This document shows, in pieces, positions 24,800 through 36,332 of a DNA stretch of 64,000 nucleotides. The position numbers and the translations under genes were made by a program. Positions within the stretch are counted from its first letter, which is position 1; every line of letters starts with the position of its first letter. The stretch covers positions 186,001-250,000 of the forward strand of contig JALMLS010000564.1 in the NCBI GenBank assembly GCA_038496445.1, written 5' to 3'. The notes under the pieces were generated by a model. That model did no database searches. It was not told the DNA's origin and saw only the letters and a list, made by a program, of their open reading frames with translations. The DNA is from Trichosphaerium sp. ATCC 40318 (lineage: Eukaryota > Protista > Tubulinea).

Positions 24800-26338
24800 T
24801 GATTTAACCGACAAGTACCTTAGTGGAATCAACAAGTAAACTAGTATTTGTAAGGTGAAAACCAACTATTATTTGCTTGTAGCACCGTTGAATAGATTTT
24901 TTAGCCTTGTGAGTTGTAAATGTCTCTGACCAATCATAATTCGGATATGAAATCTCTAAAACAGACGGAAAGTATGTCACAATGCCGCCACCACCAGCTT
25001 CTTGTATCTGGCCTGCAGAAACCCGCTTCCAATCTAGTGGATGCTTAATACCTATCTTCTCTTCTAGCTTGGTTATCATTGGACGTATGTTATCAGGGTT
25101 TGTCCAATAGTACAGCGGTTTTTTTGCTTGAACTGTTGTGAGCAACGTCGAGTAGTAGGAGCACGCACCAAACTTATGTACTGTCCAATCGAAGTCTGCG
25201 TAGATATACCTAACCATAGTTTGAACAGAGCCGCCATAGAAGCTATTGGTTACATTAGTGAAACATTAATATGCTGCTAGCTAATTCACGCACTTTTGCA
25301 CTAATCCTGCGCCGCCAAGCCTAGACACATGTCGTACTGTAATTTTATACCAATCAGATATATCCGTGATATTTGCTTCTTGCTCGAACTAAAAGAGGGT
25401 ATTAACACAAGCAGTTAAAAATAGGGTTCTAACATAACAAATAAAAGCTTGATGGTTCTCATAACTATCCCAGTATCCTGGTGGCACTTTGTACTCTACA
25501 AAAAAATAAGTACCACTATAAGCGTATGTATGTAATAGCGACATACTAAAGCGCCATGCTTCCCATTTAAACATTGGGTAAAAGAATTGTAATGTTGCAA
25601 AAAACCCACGGTTTCTGAAGCAACTGTTATAATGGTGTAATAAAGTAAATAATGAATGTTGCCTTATGAGTTGCATTGAGTCCAATTTTATTATTTCTTG
25701 AGCTGACACGTTGTACCAATCCTCTATTTTCTTGATGCCAAGCTCTTTCTCTACCTAATAGATAATGTATCAGTACAGAGAAGGTACAAGAAACGCTTCT
25801 TTAGGTACCTCGCATAAAACAATGTACTGATTAGACATGTCACTCCAGAAATCTGTATTTGCTTTACTGTATCAGCAATTACAACACGTGAACAACGTAC
25901 AGAACCTGCGCAACTGCCAGTCATATTCTGGTCTCAGAGAAGTGATCATGACGCGTATGGATTGGTTATAGTACCTACAGTATTTTTTTAAGTGATTGAG
26001 TTAAAACGTGTCACAAACACTCACGCAAATAGCCCAAAACCCTTTGCTGCCATTATTCTATCTGACGTAATAGTGTACCAATCCTCCGCACATTTTACAC
26101 GCATGTCACGCTCTAGCTTGAAGAAAATCGTTATTTCATTAGAAATAGGCAGGTTTGAGCGCAGACAGTTAATGATTTTGTTATTGGCGCTCGTTTGAGT
26201 AATTTTGGTTGTATTTACCTTTTCAAGGTACAATCTGCGATTGACAGGTTCTAAAAAGAATCCCCAAGGCATGCGCTTATTGTTAGGCTTTCTTTTTCGT
26301 TTAATTTCCAAAAGCCGGTTCCTTCTGTACCGCGCCAT
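24800..26338 (-). CDS. Protein with four ~65-70 aa Trp-rich repeats (W-x..-LG-I-x-x-x-DW-x..-GG-x-G-x..-YP-x-x-x-W); function unknown
   Basis: Repeats: ERDMRVKCAEDWYTIT..GFGLF..RPEYDW; EKELGIKKIEDWYNVS..FYPMFKW; ITDISDWYKIT..LGGAGLV..YADFDW; EEKIGIKHPLDWKRVS..AGGGGIV..YPNYDW. 3' end uncertain. Confidence 0.7.
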
Positions 26339-26514
26339 AAACACCGTACTACACACAGCAGAATACGCCACTCAGAACCACAATAATGCAAAACAGCCGA
26401 AAACTGAGATAAATAAATCGTAGAGTCAAACTAGTTCAATCAACTCAATCAAAACAAACAAACGCGGCAGGCCATCTTATTTTATTTACATAATATAATA
26501 CAGGGCGCGGACCC

Positions 26515-29500
26515 ATGGCGCTACGGGTTCTTTTCATAGCGTACTTCCTTATCTTATGTGTACACTCGCAATTTACACCTATTGCGTCGTTTCCAGAAAA
26601 CAGAGTTGGTTCGTTTGCTTTTACAACAGGTACAAGTGTACGTTTAATCTCCATTTCATAATTTCACGTGCTCGCTACCGTTAATCACGTGATCATACTA
26701 TTTGTTAACATTTGCGGTTTTTTTGGTAGCTATTTGTGCGTTTTGTAATTTATACTTTGTCGTTTAGGGACTGGTTTGTCAAGGAGCTGTACCACCTTCT
26801 TTGGATCCACCTGTTACTTGTTATGAGCTCGATACCTCAAATGATTCATTTGTGTCTACACCAATTGCTTCACTTCCAGGCGATAGAGGTATTCGTGGCG
26901 GAGCATCTTTTATAATTGGAGATACACTATACTACGGAACTGGCTATGGTGGCGAAGATGGAGGGCTGGTAAGTTTAAAAATTGTAAAGTGATTTTGATT
27001 TCTGGTAGACTAGAGAATTCCACTTATATAATATTACTGCCGATAGCTGGAAAAGGTCAGCATCACTCTTCCCTGGAGGGGGTAGGACTGGAGCTACAGC
27101 ATTTGTGCTTGAGTTCGGCGCTTACGTTGGCTACGGTAATTTTATTTTTTTGACATTGCTTCATGATTTTTATTCTTTCGAAAAGGTACTCCAGAAAATG
27201 GCTCAATACCGTTCAAAGATTTTTATTGGTACCACTATGTTACTGACATATGGTCTACTATTTCAAGCCCTCCTGGACCAGGTCGTACTAATTGCATATC
27301 AGTGGTACACGACGGAAAAGCGTACGAACACAATATATTTTTTTTCTTACTTCAGTGAAGATACATTTACGGTGGTACATCAAAACCAGCTACAGAACAA
27401 GGCTTACTCGTATACAATGGAGTATCTTTCAATCTTATATCTAGTGAGGCTCTCAGTCCCAATACTATTTCTGGATTTGGCTTTGTTTTAAGAGATCTGC
27501 CCATCATTGGAATATACGCTGATTCAAATACTGCTGAGTTTTACTTAATTGAGAACGACCGATTAGTTAAAACTACTGCAACGATAAGCTCTCAATATAA
27601 TATAGCTAATGCTGTTTCTTTTGTTCAAAACGATACAGTGTATTTCGGAAGTGGGTTTAACAAGAATGGCACAGAATCGTCATGGTGGAAAATTAGCTAT
27701 CAAACATTCCAGACTTTTTTACCATCACCTACAGCGATTCTACCAACAGCGACAGTACCTACAATGACACCTACAGTGGTAACACCTTCAACAGTGACAC
27801 CTGCGGTACCAACAGCACCAACAGCTGAAAGTCCAACAGTAACTCCAACAGTAACTCCAACAGTAACTCCAACAGCATCTGATTCGTCTGATTCTCTATT
27901 TGAACAAAGTGTTGCTGTTGGCGATTCATTCGATTTTATGATAGCATGTACGCAAATATTACTTGGAAATTGAATTAATTCGGTTGTTTTTAACAAACGT
28001 CACTCCTTCTTTTCTGAGGTTTATGCTAATGATCACTTTCTTTTTTAGTACACAACACTGGTCTTATAATTGTTCAAGACTCCTACGCTGTGAATGAAGA
28101 TGATATGTTTGATGAGTTTAAAACCTTATCAACACTCTCATGGGAGTGTGACGGAGGCACAGGTACAAAAACCACGATAATTGGGGTTTTTTCGCTTACA
28201 ATTGAAGTAAAAAAAAAACAAGTACTGACAAAATATAGGAAGATGTAATTTCACGTTTAGAGCGGATGGAGAGTTATTTACACCTGATAACAAATATGAA
28301 GTTTTCATAGTATTCAACATAACGAGTGGTCCAGTGACAGTGAACGAATTATATTATTTCGAAGCGGAAATTGATTTCCCAACTCCTACGGATAACGTTG
28401 GAGGAAATTCAGGTTCGTGAGTTGTTACAGGTTTTATTTTAAAAAAACTAGGAGGTCTTGAGTGGTACTTGTGGCTGGTTATCGCTGTTGCAGTTATACT
28501 TGTCATTGTTATAATCATATTCTTCATATGGAATAGACGAAATACAAATAGAGTGAATAAATTAAAAAAACGTATCAACACTCCAGCTGACGATAGTTTT
28601 GGTACTACAAATACTACAACTTATGAGATGTTTGATAGAAGTTGGCGTGGTACGTTTCATTTTTATTTAATAAAGATTGTACAGGCTTACCCTTCCAATT
28701 GGCACACTAGATATTTCTAGAGGAGTAAGGAGTAATCTTATTCATGGTAATGATCTTAAAATTGGAAGACAACTCGGTACTGTTTTACAGAAAATAAAAA
28801 AAAGATATTTATATCTGTATCAGGTGTTGGCTCCTTTGGGACAGTTAATTTGGCTGAATATAAAGGAAAGAAAGTTGCGGTGAAGTCTTATAATAATAGT
28901 GGTACAATGGAGAGCAGGGAAACCTTCTTGCAAGAAGTGGAGGTGAACATGAGCCTTGACAGTCATCCACATATTGTTAAAATGATCGGGTTATGTTTAC
29001 GTCGAGGTCAGCCTATACTAGTCCTAGAATATATGGCGGGAGGGTCCCTTTACGATCATGTGATTGCTTTAAATAGGCCATTGAAGGAATCTGAACTATG
29101 CGACTTTTGTATAGGCACTGCTAAAGGCATGATATTCTTGCATAGCAACAATGTTGTTCATAGGTACTTAACACTTTCTTTTTTTCATACGTAAATTTTT
29201 TATCACGTGACTTACGTATTTCTTTAACAATGTAGGGATTTGGCAGCAAGAAATGTACGCAAACTCTTTAAATAACACTACTTCGTATTAATTTTTTTTT
29301 CAGGTTTTGGTACGCATAGGACTCATTTGGGTTTTTTTTACCTTCCTTTGTGTTTTTTGTGAGATCTTACTTCTGATAGCTGGATAACGACCATAATCCA
29401 AAAATAAGCGATTTTGGAATGTCGAGGTAATAAATATTTTAGATTGTATCATTAATAACTTCCAGGGAAATCCTCAATGGTCATAGCGCTCAATCTACAG

Positions 29501-29932
29501 TTACTGTCGTAGGTCCACTACGGTGAGAAAAAAACAGGAATTTATTAAACCATTGACAAGTTATTTTGTAGATGGATGGCTCCTGAAAATATAAGTAGAA
29601 TTTATAGTCCTAATAGCGATGTACGTGAATTCAGTATTTATTTATTTCAAAACGAAAACCACTCAAAAATTGCCTAGATTTGGTCGTATGGCGTTTTCCT
29701 TTGGGAATTGTTTCACAGAAAGACGCCTCATGCTGATATTACAAGTATTTTTGACCTTGCCTTACAAATAAGAGACAACGGAATGACACCAGATATAGAA
29801 GAATCACTAGTACCAGAAAAATGGGCAGAGCTAATGTCATTATGTTGGGCGTTTGTTCCCAAAGATAGAATACAATTTTCAGACATAATTACATTCATAC
29901 AAGAAGAATGTAAAGGAGATGCGCTGGGATAG
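26515..29932 (+). CDS. Receptor tyrosine kinase: signal peptide, Kelch beta-propeller, PT-rich stalk, TM, kinase
   Basis: Signal peptide MALRVLFIAYFLILCVHS; Kelch repeats (FPGGGRTGATAFVLEFGAYVGYG); TM WYLWLVIAVAVILVIVIIIFFIW; GVGSFGTV, VAVK, HRDLAARNVLL, ISDFGMSR, GPLRWMAPE, SDIWSYGVFLWE. Confidence 0.9.
27832..27875 (+). repeat. Coding 12-nt tandem repeat (TCCAACAGTAAC)x3.7 encoding the PTVT mucin-like stalk
   Basis: Directly visible perfect tandem repeat within the receptor kinase. Confidence 0.9.
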
Positions 29933-30116
29933 TAAAATGTAAAATATAGTAACAATAAAAAAAAGTAACCTTTGAGATATCAAAAAGCATATGTGGTCGA
30001 ACAAGAACGGAAACACAGAGTGGGTTTTTAAAAATACAATTTTTTTTTTACTTTTTTTTACAAACTATTTTACATGTGGTTTGGTGATTGCTATTTACAT
30101 TTTGTGGTGGGTTGTT

Positions 30117-30821
30117 TTAATCTCTGTTTTCTTTACGCCATTCTAAGACCATAGATACAAGGAAATCATCTTGTCTTAGAGAACATCCTGTCTGTTGTAA
30201 TAACTCTAGCATATCAGACGTATGAGCAAGAAGAGATTTGCGAGCATGCTCCTTGTCATTGATCAACGCGTAGTTGAAGCATTTTTCAACTAAGGTTAAA
30301 TCCAAATCATCGCTTAACACGCTTAAGAGTTTCTGTTCGGCGATGGCAAAGCGATAGCGAACTACAAGGTCCAAGAAATCAACGAGGAAAGATAGCGTGA
30401 TCTTCTCGGTTTTGTTTAGCTTCATAACGCAAAGGTCTTCTAGCGTTCCTCGAGGGAAGTATGCCATATCAAATAGGTTGTGGTGAAGCAAGTAGAAGAG
30501 GTTTTGTAGAATACAATTCTTCGCGACTAGTCTCAAATTCCTCGCGTTGATAAGATTTGCTGTTTTATATGTGTCTACGCAATTAGAAGCGTCTGTCATG
30601 TCGCATAGCTTTTGAGAAACGATTTCAAGTAATGAAGGTATTTTCGTCGTTAAAATAGCCGGAGTAAAGCCATTCTCCAATGCTTGTAGTTTAAGAGCCA
30701 GTTGGCGATCACTTTCTTCTTGTTCCTTTGTAGCTTCTATTTTACGTTTTTTAGCTGATTTAGGGCTTAAGGATGGTGTCCAAGTTCTTTTGTATCCGAC
30801 ACGTTGTACACTTAGTGTCAT
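30117..30821 (-). CDS. Intronless ubiquitin-adaptor-like protein (NLS, UIM-like, BC-box-like, BACK-like helices)
   Basis: AKKRK; EQEESDRQLALKLQALE (UIM-like); IPSLLEIVSQKL (BC-box-like); NCVDTYKTANLINARNLRLVAKNCILQN (BACK-like). Confidence 0.6.
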   Translation of the reverse strand: MTLSVQRVGYKRTWTPSLSPKSAKKRKIEATKEQEESDRQLALKLQALENGFTPAILTTKIPSLLEIVSQKLCDMTDASNCVDTYKTANLINARNLRLVAKNCILQNLFYLLHHNLFDMAYFPRGTLEDLCVMKLNKTEKITLSFLVDFLDLVVRYRFAIAEQKLLSVLSDDLDLTLVEKCFNYALINDKEHARKSLLAHTSDMLELLQQTGCSLRQDDFLVSMVLEWRKENRD

Positions 30822-30966
30822 ATTGGTGATTATGAGCTGTAGAAAAGGCAAAGAAAACAGTAAAAATCAGTGAACGAGGAACGCTCGATCCGAAAAGTTC
30901 GAAAAGATTCTGAGATTTCTCCGTTACTATTTTGTTGAAAAGCAAGTTGGTAAACACAATCGATCT

Positions 30967-31726
30967 ATGAGTGCTATAGGAAAACGTAAAATAACGTCTA
31001 CAAGCGATGATCGCCCTGTTAAACGCGTAAAAACATCTCTACAGTTCTATTCAAAGAGTAAAGACCATAAAGCGCGCCAATTGAGTAATTTTTGGCCTTC
31101 TCCTATTACAATAGATAAATTGACGTATCCTACGGTAGAACACTATTTCCAGAGCCAGAAGTTCGCTTGGAAGTACCCTAATTTTGCTAAACGCTTTGTC
31201 AAAGGAGATCCAAAGGTATGTTTTTGTAAACTCACGTGCTTTTGTACTAAAAAGTCGTGCAAGTTCATTGGAGAAGATCCTGCCGTAGCCAAGAGTGCTG
31301 GGAGTAGAGGTGGAAAATGGGCAAAGAAGCTGCGACCTGCAGAAGTAACTCTAGATCCAAAATGGTCGACAGTACGTGTTGAAGCAATGGTTACAGCTCT
31401 GGAGGTGCGTTTGTGATTACACTGCTGCGCACTTACAAACCGACCCAGGCCAAGTTCACACAGATTCCTGAGTTGAAAGATTATTTGCTAAGCACAGGTG
31501 ATAAGTACTTGGAACATTTCGAAAGGAGTGCTGGGTTTTGGGGTACAAAGACATTAAAGAAAACAGGTTAGTTTATTGTTTTTTTCTTTTGTTGCAAATA
31601 TTATTCTCAGTGGCTAATCTTAAACAAGGTGAGGTTATCGGTGATAATACCTTAGGTAAAATATTAATGAAGCTGAGGGAATGGCTTACTACTGAGCAGG
31701 ATGAGCCGTTTGTGTACTGCAAGTGA
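30967..31726 (+). CDS. NADAR (YbiA/DUF1768) family N-glycosidase-like protein
   Basis: LSNFWPSPITID..YPTVEHYFQSQKF, AKFTQIPELKDYLLSTG, FWG, GDNTLGKILMKLR. Confidence 0.88.
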
Positions 31727-32132
31727 ACAATCATCAATAAAAATAATTAGTTTGCTAAAAGGTTTCGCAATCTTGTATGCATCTTGCAGAGATGTTAATG
31801 CAACTGATTTCTCCATATCCCCTTTTGCGCAAGCCCTTAAAAAACATTGAGCTTGCCGAACATTTGCACTTGTTGTCGTTTACGATAAACAAGAACTCAC
31901 GTGCACTTCTTAAATTAATACTAGATCCAGCGTATTGAATGAATCTCCACATCTTTACAAACATTACTGAACGGTATTTAAACAATGCTTGTAACTTAAA
32001 TCTGTAGTATAAGTGTACACAACATATTTTATTTGATTTATTGTTTTGTAGTATTGACTTAGTTTTTTTTTGGGTCAAATAAAAGTTTGCCCGAAAATAA
32101 CCCAAGTAACAACTTACACTAAAGCTCAAGCA

Positions 32133-33330
32133 ATGAAGCTCTTCTTATTTATTAACTTTTCGATACTGATTTTGCAGGTACCTACACGTTACATATGTTT
32201 TACTTTTTCCCTATCACTACAAGCCTGAACACGTTTTTACATTGTTTCCGCGTCAAATGTACTTTTGATCGTACGATCACTTTCTGAAAGAGTTTTAAAA
32301 TACTCGCTTAGAACCTCTTATTTTCGTTCATTCTCGAGCGAGGGCGTTCATTTTGTATGAACACGTGTTATGCGCCGTAAAAATGGTAGCCTGTATTTTA
32401 ATTTAATTAGATTGATCCCATTGTGGAAATGGTAATGTTTCAATGACTGTCTTTAGGTAACGAACTCAGTTAGTCAGATTCAGTTTCCTGTGACTGGCGT
32501 TCAAGTCGACAAAGACAAACTAGACGACTATTCAGATTGGACGCCTTGTGGAGACCCTTCTTGGAGCCAATTACCAGGACAAGCGAGTCCTCCATGCGAT
32601 ACAGGACCACTTACAATGATTTTAATGGGTTGCGCCAAGAGCAACGGTGACCTGATCGTGTATGGTACACAACTTTAACTTACTAGCTGAATCATTCTTA
32701 TTAACCTGACTGTTGCTTTCAAGCGATTGGAGACTCAACAGTGATATCACAGAAACAAACAAGTACAACAAAGGCAATGAACTTTGTAAATGGCGTATAC
32801 TGGTATCACACATCAATCCGTATTGGCTTTTCTGCTATAGAAAAAATTAAATTGGATTCATTGTTTTGTGAGACTGAAACAGAAAGGAGATCAGAGAGGC
32901 ACTGCTATAATACGAACCAACTCAGTTTTTCGTAACCACTTAAATAAATTAAATAATGCAACAAAACTTACTCATGCTTAGGTGTGGTAGAACCATAAAC
33001 TCTTCTGAAGGATGGAAAAATATAATACTTCAAAAAGTACCACCTCCACCCCCAACGACAATACAACCAACCACTCTACCTCCTACAACACAGTCACCAA
33101 CAACATCATTTCCAGCAACTACAGATGCGCCAACAACATTGGCACCAGTAACTCCAACTGAGGCATCTACTACCATGTCACCGACTACTTTAGAGCCAGT
33201 TAGTAGTACCCCAACTCCTTCAACGTCATCACCAGTAGCACCTGCACGTGCAGTAACTTCAAATTCAGTTGGATTTTCAGGAACAGTTAGTTTTTTTGCT
33301 GTGCTGTGCTTTATTATAAATACATTGTAG
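32133..33330 (+). CDS. Secreted/GPI-anchored cell-surface protein with a Pro/Thr/Ser mucin stalk
   Basis: Signal peptide MKLFLLLTFSILILQ; Cys-containing middle exons; PTT-rich region; hydrophobic C-terminus SNSVGFSGTVSFFAVLCFIINTL. Internal exon borders unresolved. Confidence 0.65.
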
Positions 33331-33367
33331 CTGTATGTTTTCTCAACATTATAATAAAAGAGTTTTT

Positions 33368-34276
33368 TTAAGGTGTCTTGTACATTGTAAGATTTACAAC
33401 ATTGCTTGTAACAGCTGATGCATGTCCTAAGTAGTAAATAACCGTCTTCTGTGACTCCTTAAAAGTTTTCATATACATGACTAGTTGAAGAGGAAATACA
33501 TTTGGTGTTTTATCACAGGCGATGAAAACTTCATAGAAACTACCTTGCAGAGACAATGCGCCAGGAGGTAGTTCTGGTGAAAATATGCTATTTGAATTTT
33601 CTTGCAGCATTGAGTCAAAAAGTAATGGTATCTCATATGTATGTTTGTCTCCTGCATTCAATGTGATAGTACAGTGCTCAAACTCGAAAAAGTTAATGTC
33701 TCGTCTACAGTTATTGAGAAGCTTACCAGCATCAGTGATAAGAGGTTTCCAAACATACATGTTTTCAATGGTTGGCTGTGTATTTCCTCCAGTTCCAAGG
33801 TTTACTTTCTCTGATGTTTTACCAATATTCTCAAGGCTAAGCGTGAATGTTATTGTCTCTCCTTTATGAACATGCTTCTTGTCACAACTCAATTCTGCGA
33901 TGATATTTGGAACAAGTTTGTTTCGATACTTTTCTTTCCACGTGACTGCATCAAGGTTATAAGCAGGTGATGGCAGTAAAGAAGATAGTAATACTCTCGT
34001 ATAATTTAATTCTTTATATATATGTTGATGTATAGCGGACTCTATTTCTTCAGCATCCTCGCCCCATTTCTGATGGTACAAATGTCGATAAATGTAATCT
34101 GAATTATTTTGTATTATTTCGCATAGGTAATGGTTTGATTGTTGTAACGATGCTAAATCTTCCCATGTTAGGTCGTTACTAGCCACAATAGATAAAATTA
34201 TCTCGATTGGAAGCGAAAACAAGCCTATGACTTCTGTACTTGATGTGTCAATACACGTGATCTGATTTGATGTCAT
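33368..34276 (-). CDS. Intronless F-box protein, copy B (inverted paralog of 7447-8355)
   Basis: 302 aa; about 22 nt differences from copy A by hand comparison. Confidence 0.8.
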   Translation of the reverse strand: MTSNQITCIDTSSTEVIGLFSLPIEIILSIVASNDLTWEDLASLQQSNHYLCEIIQNNSDYIYRHLYHQKWGEDAEEIESAIHQHIYKELNYTRVLLSSLLPSPAYNLDAVTWKEKYRNKLVPNIIAELSCDKKHVHKGETITFTLSLENIGKTSEKVNLGTGGNTQPTIENMYVWKPLITDAGKLLNNCRRDINFFEFEHCTITLNAGDKHTYEIPLLFDSMLQENSNSIFSPELPPGALSLQGSFYEVFIACDKTPNVFPLQLVMYMKTFKESQKTVIYYLGHASAVTSNVVNLTMYKTP

Positions 34277-34337
34277 TGGACCTTTTTTTGGTTTTGATGG
34301 TCAATTGGTTTACACAAAAGAGTTGTTACTTTATCTC

Positions 34338-35339
34338 ATGAACGCGGACAAACAAGTAGCCAAGGATTTTAAAGAGCTTTACACTTTGGTATCTCCTACA
34401 ACCGATATTCCCCCAAGCTATGGTGTAAACAGTAAAATTATATTCTCTCAAATGAAGTGCGTATGTGAGAACATTAAAATACTGGGCGAATGCATTGATT
34501 ATGAGTACATAAAGCAACTATCTTCGTTCCAGCAGAAATTACGCCAAACGCCCATAATTGACGATATTTTCGCTCTGCGCTATGTCTCACAACTAAGAGA
34601 CTGTTCTAAAATAACACAGACTGTTTTGAGACTTTGTATACCCTACGAATACTCTAAATACGAATGGTACTCACGTAGGATACCTCATCAAGAATGTAAG
34701 GCGGCTCTAGCTTCTCTACCGATCATATCAAATGGGCAAAACATCAAACAAAAATCATCAATTGTACAATGTATACCAACACTCAGAGATCTGTGTTGCT
34801 CTAAAATGGCAGTCTCAGGGTCAGATATAAGCAGTCTTCCTTCAGAGTGCCAAAGAGATATAGCTTTTGCTCATGTTATTTCAGAGCTAAGAGGAGATTC
34901 ATTTGGTTCTGGTAAGATAGCAATAAGACTTATTCTTTGGTGTACAAGTGAATTAGATTTTTTGAAAGGTAGTTGTTTTGAGGATACATCAATTGCTGAG
35001 CAATTTATTGAAACGTCAATGATATACAATGTTCATGGTCAAATGATCATTGAGTTTGTAGAAAGATGGTGTAAGGATATATTGAGCTCTAATGTATCAA
35101 AAATACCTTATAGGTATAGACTTGATGGAGAGACAAATCATCCAATGGTTTCATGTGTACCTAGCTTATTTATTGTATGTGCAATTTTTTTATTTTCACG
35201 TGTTGAAATATTGGGATGGCTTGAAAGATATGAACCTGGATCTAGAATTAAGGCTTATAAGAATCGTCATGTTCTAGATATATCTGAAGATAATATTGAT
35301 GAAGTGGACATATCCAGAATGGCTTTAAAGTGGATTTAA
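34338..35339 (+). CDS. Intronless protein with an internal BC-box/SOCS-box-like motif
   Basis: Long uninterrupted ORF. IPTLRDLCCSKM...ISSLPSECQRDI matches the BC-box plus cullin-box pattern. Confidence 0.6.
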   Translation: MNADKQVAKDFKELYTLVSPTTDIPPSYGVNSKIIFSQMKCVCENIKILGECIDYEYIKQLSSFQQKLRQTPIIDDIFALRYVSQLRDCSKITQTVLRLCIPYEYSKYEWYSRRIPHQECKAALASLPIISNGQNIKQKSSIVQCIPTLRDLCCSKMAVSGSDISSLPSECQRDIAFAHVISELRGDSFGSGKIAIRLILWCTSELDFLKGSCFEDTSIAEQFIETSMIYNVHGQMIIEFVERWCKDILSSNVSKIPYRYRLDGETNHPMVSCVPSLFIVCAIFLFSRVEILGWLERYEPGSRIKAYKNRHVLDISEDNIDEVDISRMALKWI

Positions 35340-36332
35340 AAAGACTGAATGAACTGACTTAAGTCTTGGGTATAATGACTTGTGTTTGCGAAAAAAAAAC
35401 ATTGTTGACAACCAGGTTGTAAAATATGTGCGTATCACTGTTCCTTGACATTAAAAGTTACATTAAAAAAGGGTGATTGAGTTGCTGCGGATGTCTCACT
35501 CTGGTTTTCTTTTTCTAAAGAAGAGTGTATTTAACATAACCGAGAGGTTGAGTTCAGCATACTTCTTCAGTACAAGGAATTTTTCGTTCTTCCTTTGTAC
35601 TGATTCCATTTGTTTAGTTGTAGCTGTATATCATCACGCAATCGCAACATGGGAGCACCCGAACAAGGAATTTATTGACAAATTATAAGTAGTTTATTGT
35701 GAATGAACTTAAATAAAGGTGACCAACTAAGGGTTTGTACGGTTAGAGCGATTTTTCTTATTGTTTTTTGCTCAAAGTTTAGTAGGCCGTAGTTCAATTT
35801 TCACACTACTTTTGTTTTGCACTTTCCTCATTCTTTAAAACCACGGTCATTGTTAAGAGTCAATCTGAACAAGAAAAAAATAAACGGTGGTTTGTTTATA
35901 ATTAGTATACAGACCCATTGAGTGCGGATCGCCTTTGCTTCCGACAATTTTCAGAACAGCAGAAAACTCACTACTTTTTGGTTCTCAATAAAGAGTAGCC
36001 CGCTCAAGCTATCTAACAGCGCTCTGAATGTTAAAAAATATTGTATGAAATCTATGGATCGCTGTAAAAAGCCGATTAAGCATTGTTCGTTGTGTATGCG
36101 TTTAACCTAGCTGAAATACCTACTAACCTATGTCTAATATAAGGATATGTTGGTTTTCGGTTTTAAAACGACACGGGAGCGGGCGTGACGGAGATTACAT
36201 AAATAAAAAGTTCACGCATGTTTGTATCAGATTCACTGAACGTTAAAGAAATTTTGCTTCTTGCCAATCCATCACGAAGGTCACGATCAAATCAAATCAA
36301 ATAAACCAAACAACAATAACAACTAATCAACA

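Noticed and set aside
29150-29194. Apparent HRY catalytic loop in the receptor kinase ORF
   Set aside because: Artefact of reading into an intron; splicing restores HRDLAARN.
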